Shown here: piece by piece, positions 11,226 to 64,000 of the stretch
Layout of the letters: every line of letters starts with the position of its first letter
Position numbering within the stretch: position 1 is the first letter of the stretch
Source of the DNA: Botryllus schlosseri
Taxonomy: Eukaryota
DNA length: 64,000 nucleotides
Assembly: GCA_051294905.1 (NCBI GenBank)
Contig: CM119372.1
Location: 2,296,001 to 2,360,000, forward strand
Reading direction: 5' to 3'
Program-made: the position numbers and the translations under genes
The notes under the pieces: model-generated
Told to the model about the DNA's origin: nothing
Database searches by the model: none
Seen by the model: the letters and a program-made list of their open reading frames with translations, nothing else

Positions 11226-12406
11226 AATCTTTTAAAAAAGTGTTCTGCTATTCGTCGTGATCATATATTCGAGAAAATGATGATTCTTCGTAGCAGCCGC
11301 CGGGGTCAAACCATTCCCGCACTCTTCCAAATATATTTATACCCAAGGATTGTCGATAGACATGGTCTGTTGAGCGTTATCATCGATACATTTCTGACGA
11401 TTTCTTTGCAAAATATTCAGTCAAACGGCTGTGTAGTAGGCATTTATTCGTCTTCTTAAAATTGTTCTTTCGTCATTATATCTGGAATTACACCCGAAAA
11501 CAGTCGTTTACGTGCATTTGTCATTGAATACATGACCAAGAAATAGTATGGCAAGAGGCTCCTGAATATGCCGATGTAATTTCCAAAGCACAAAACGTAA
11601 TGACACCCGAGTATATTTCCATGATTCACCCGATCACCGATTTTCGCCAAAAATTCTAATAGAATCACAGTGGTCTCGCAATCATCGCAACTGGCAAAGC
11701 GCTTTTTTGTTTACAATATCTTGTGGCGTTTTTCATGGTTCGATGCCGACAACCACTGTGAGCTGTTAGCCCACCCCGGGGATACGAGATAGATTACTTG
11801 GATATGGCGAACAAAACCACTTGCGTTGTAATTACCAAGCAAACAACACCTCTGGATTTGAAGCTCAATTCCGGAACAGGATTGGGATTTGGGAAAATAT
11901 TGCATCCGTTCGTCTCTGCCGATGATATATGGATGAACAGACATTTAATGTGAATTTTGAAGACTTAGCCTAGTCCTGGAAATCAAATAGCACATACATT
12001 TGTACTATCATGAAATGAAGTCTGGTTGTATGTAGCAAGTGCTGGTAGTAGAAATACTTCGCCCCTCCTGCTATTGTTCATTGGAATGAGAGTTACATCA
12101 GAATCCTATCCATCCTAGCTAGACATACCATAACAGATTCATTTCATTCCAATTTCTTTTATCGATTGAAAATACTACATGTAATAAGATTGAAGAACCT
12201 TCTCTACTCACACCGGTTTTGCCTGTTGTTATTCAATCATGAGACATGTCTCTCTGTAAACCCACGAGCGATATGCAGTGCACTAATTAGTCTACCTTGA
12301 AGAGCAATTCCATGATCCTGATACATCGGCTACCAACTTTAGGAAAAAAATGTACGAGAAGCTCTGTATAATGCATGCAATATGAACCTATACTTTGCTC
12401 CATATG

Positions 12407-12412
12407 TTTATT
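12407..12412 (-). promoter_or_regulatory. Candidate polyadenylation signal AATAAA of the mosaic gene
   Basis: tttatt on + strand, ~110 nt downstream of the TAG at 12521-12523. Confidence 0.45.
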
Positions 12413-12520
12413 GAGCTAAAACAAAGGCACAACACGGAATCATCGAACAACTATTCACATTAACGTCAAGGTAGATTGATCTGAATAGTGCAAGTCGATG
12501 CAAGCAGTCATTCATTTTGC

Positions 12521-63725
<51,205 letters not shown>

Positions 63726-64000
63726 CTGTGAATAGAACGTAAATTTCATACAACTGTTTATTCAATAATTCAGAAGTACAGCAAGATTGCAAATTTTGGA
63801 CATAAGTAGCAACGAATGTGGGTCTTCTTATCTTCCATTCTTGGAACAAGATTGCCAATAGCAAGCTAAAAAAAAGAATCGCCTAAATAAGTCGATCAAT
63901 CCGGCAAATATCACATAGTGGCTATGAAAGCCATTAAATTAATGCCACAAAGAAGACTCATGCCTAGTCAATTTCCAATGAAAGTTAGGTCCATTTGAGA

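Larger units (their letters stand above)
1804..11674. mobile_element. Foldback-type DNA transposon with modular long inverted repeats and cargo loop
   Basis: Termini ACCACTGTGATTCTATTAG...CTAATAGAATCACAGTGGT; identical 8-bp TSD ctcgcaat at 1796-1803 and 11675-11682; outer arms 1804-2260 and 11226-11674 are near-perfect reverse complements. Confidence 0.95.

Noticed and set aside
11711..11944. 77-aa ORF or further terminal exon downstream of the mosaic gene
   Set aside because: No acceptor giving a compatible open frame and no motif; lies beyond the stop and poly(A) signal

Overview
AT-rich animal genomic DNA with short GT-AG introns and dense repeats. A marine invertebrate, possibly an ascidian, is inferred from style only. 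(1) 1804-11674 is a 9.9-kb foldback-type DNA transposon with a perfect 8-bp target-site duplication (ctcgcaat). Each arm is a ~450-bp outer inverted repeat plus an inverted array of a 176-bp satellite (~12.6 and ~19.6 copies). Its loop carries a spliced Ulp1/SENP-like (peptidase C48) protease gene remnant, missed by the ORF track, and an orphan 194-aa ORF. (2) 12521 to at least 63725 (minus strand, 5' end outside the window) is a phase-compatible chain of 54 hand-called exons (~2,600 codons) for a mosaic extracellular protein: 5 atypical C-type-lectin-like domains, 8 kringles, Ser/Thr-rich linkers, a Ly6/uPAR domain, an unrecognised ~200-aa domain, 2 FN3-like domains and a C-terminal degenerate VWA. 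(3) The first exon of a class I SAM methyltransferase lies at the left. (4) The introns hold hAT elements and MITEs, CR1/L2-type LINE ends, a solo LTR, Penelope-like remnants with minimal hammerhead ribozymes, and a triply nested hAT carrying a Polinton-like protease fragment. A tRNA-derived SINE sits in the foldback loop. All exon and domain calls were made by eye, without database searches.
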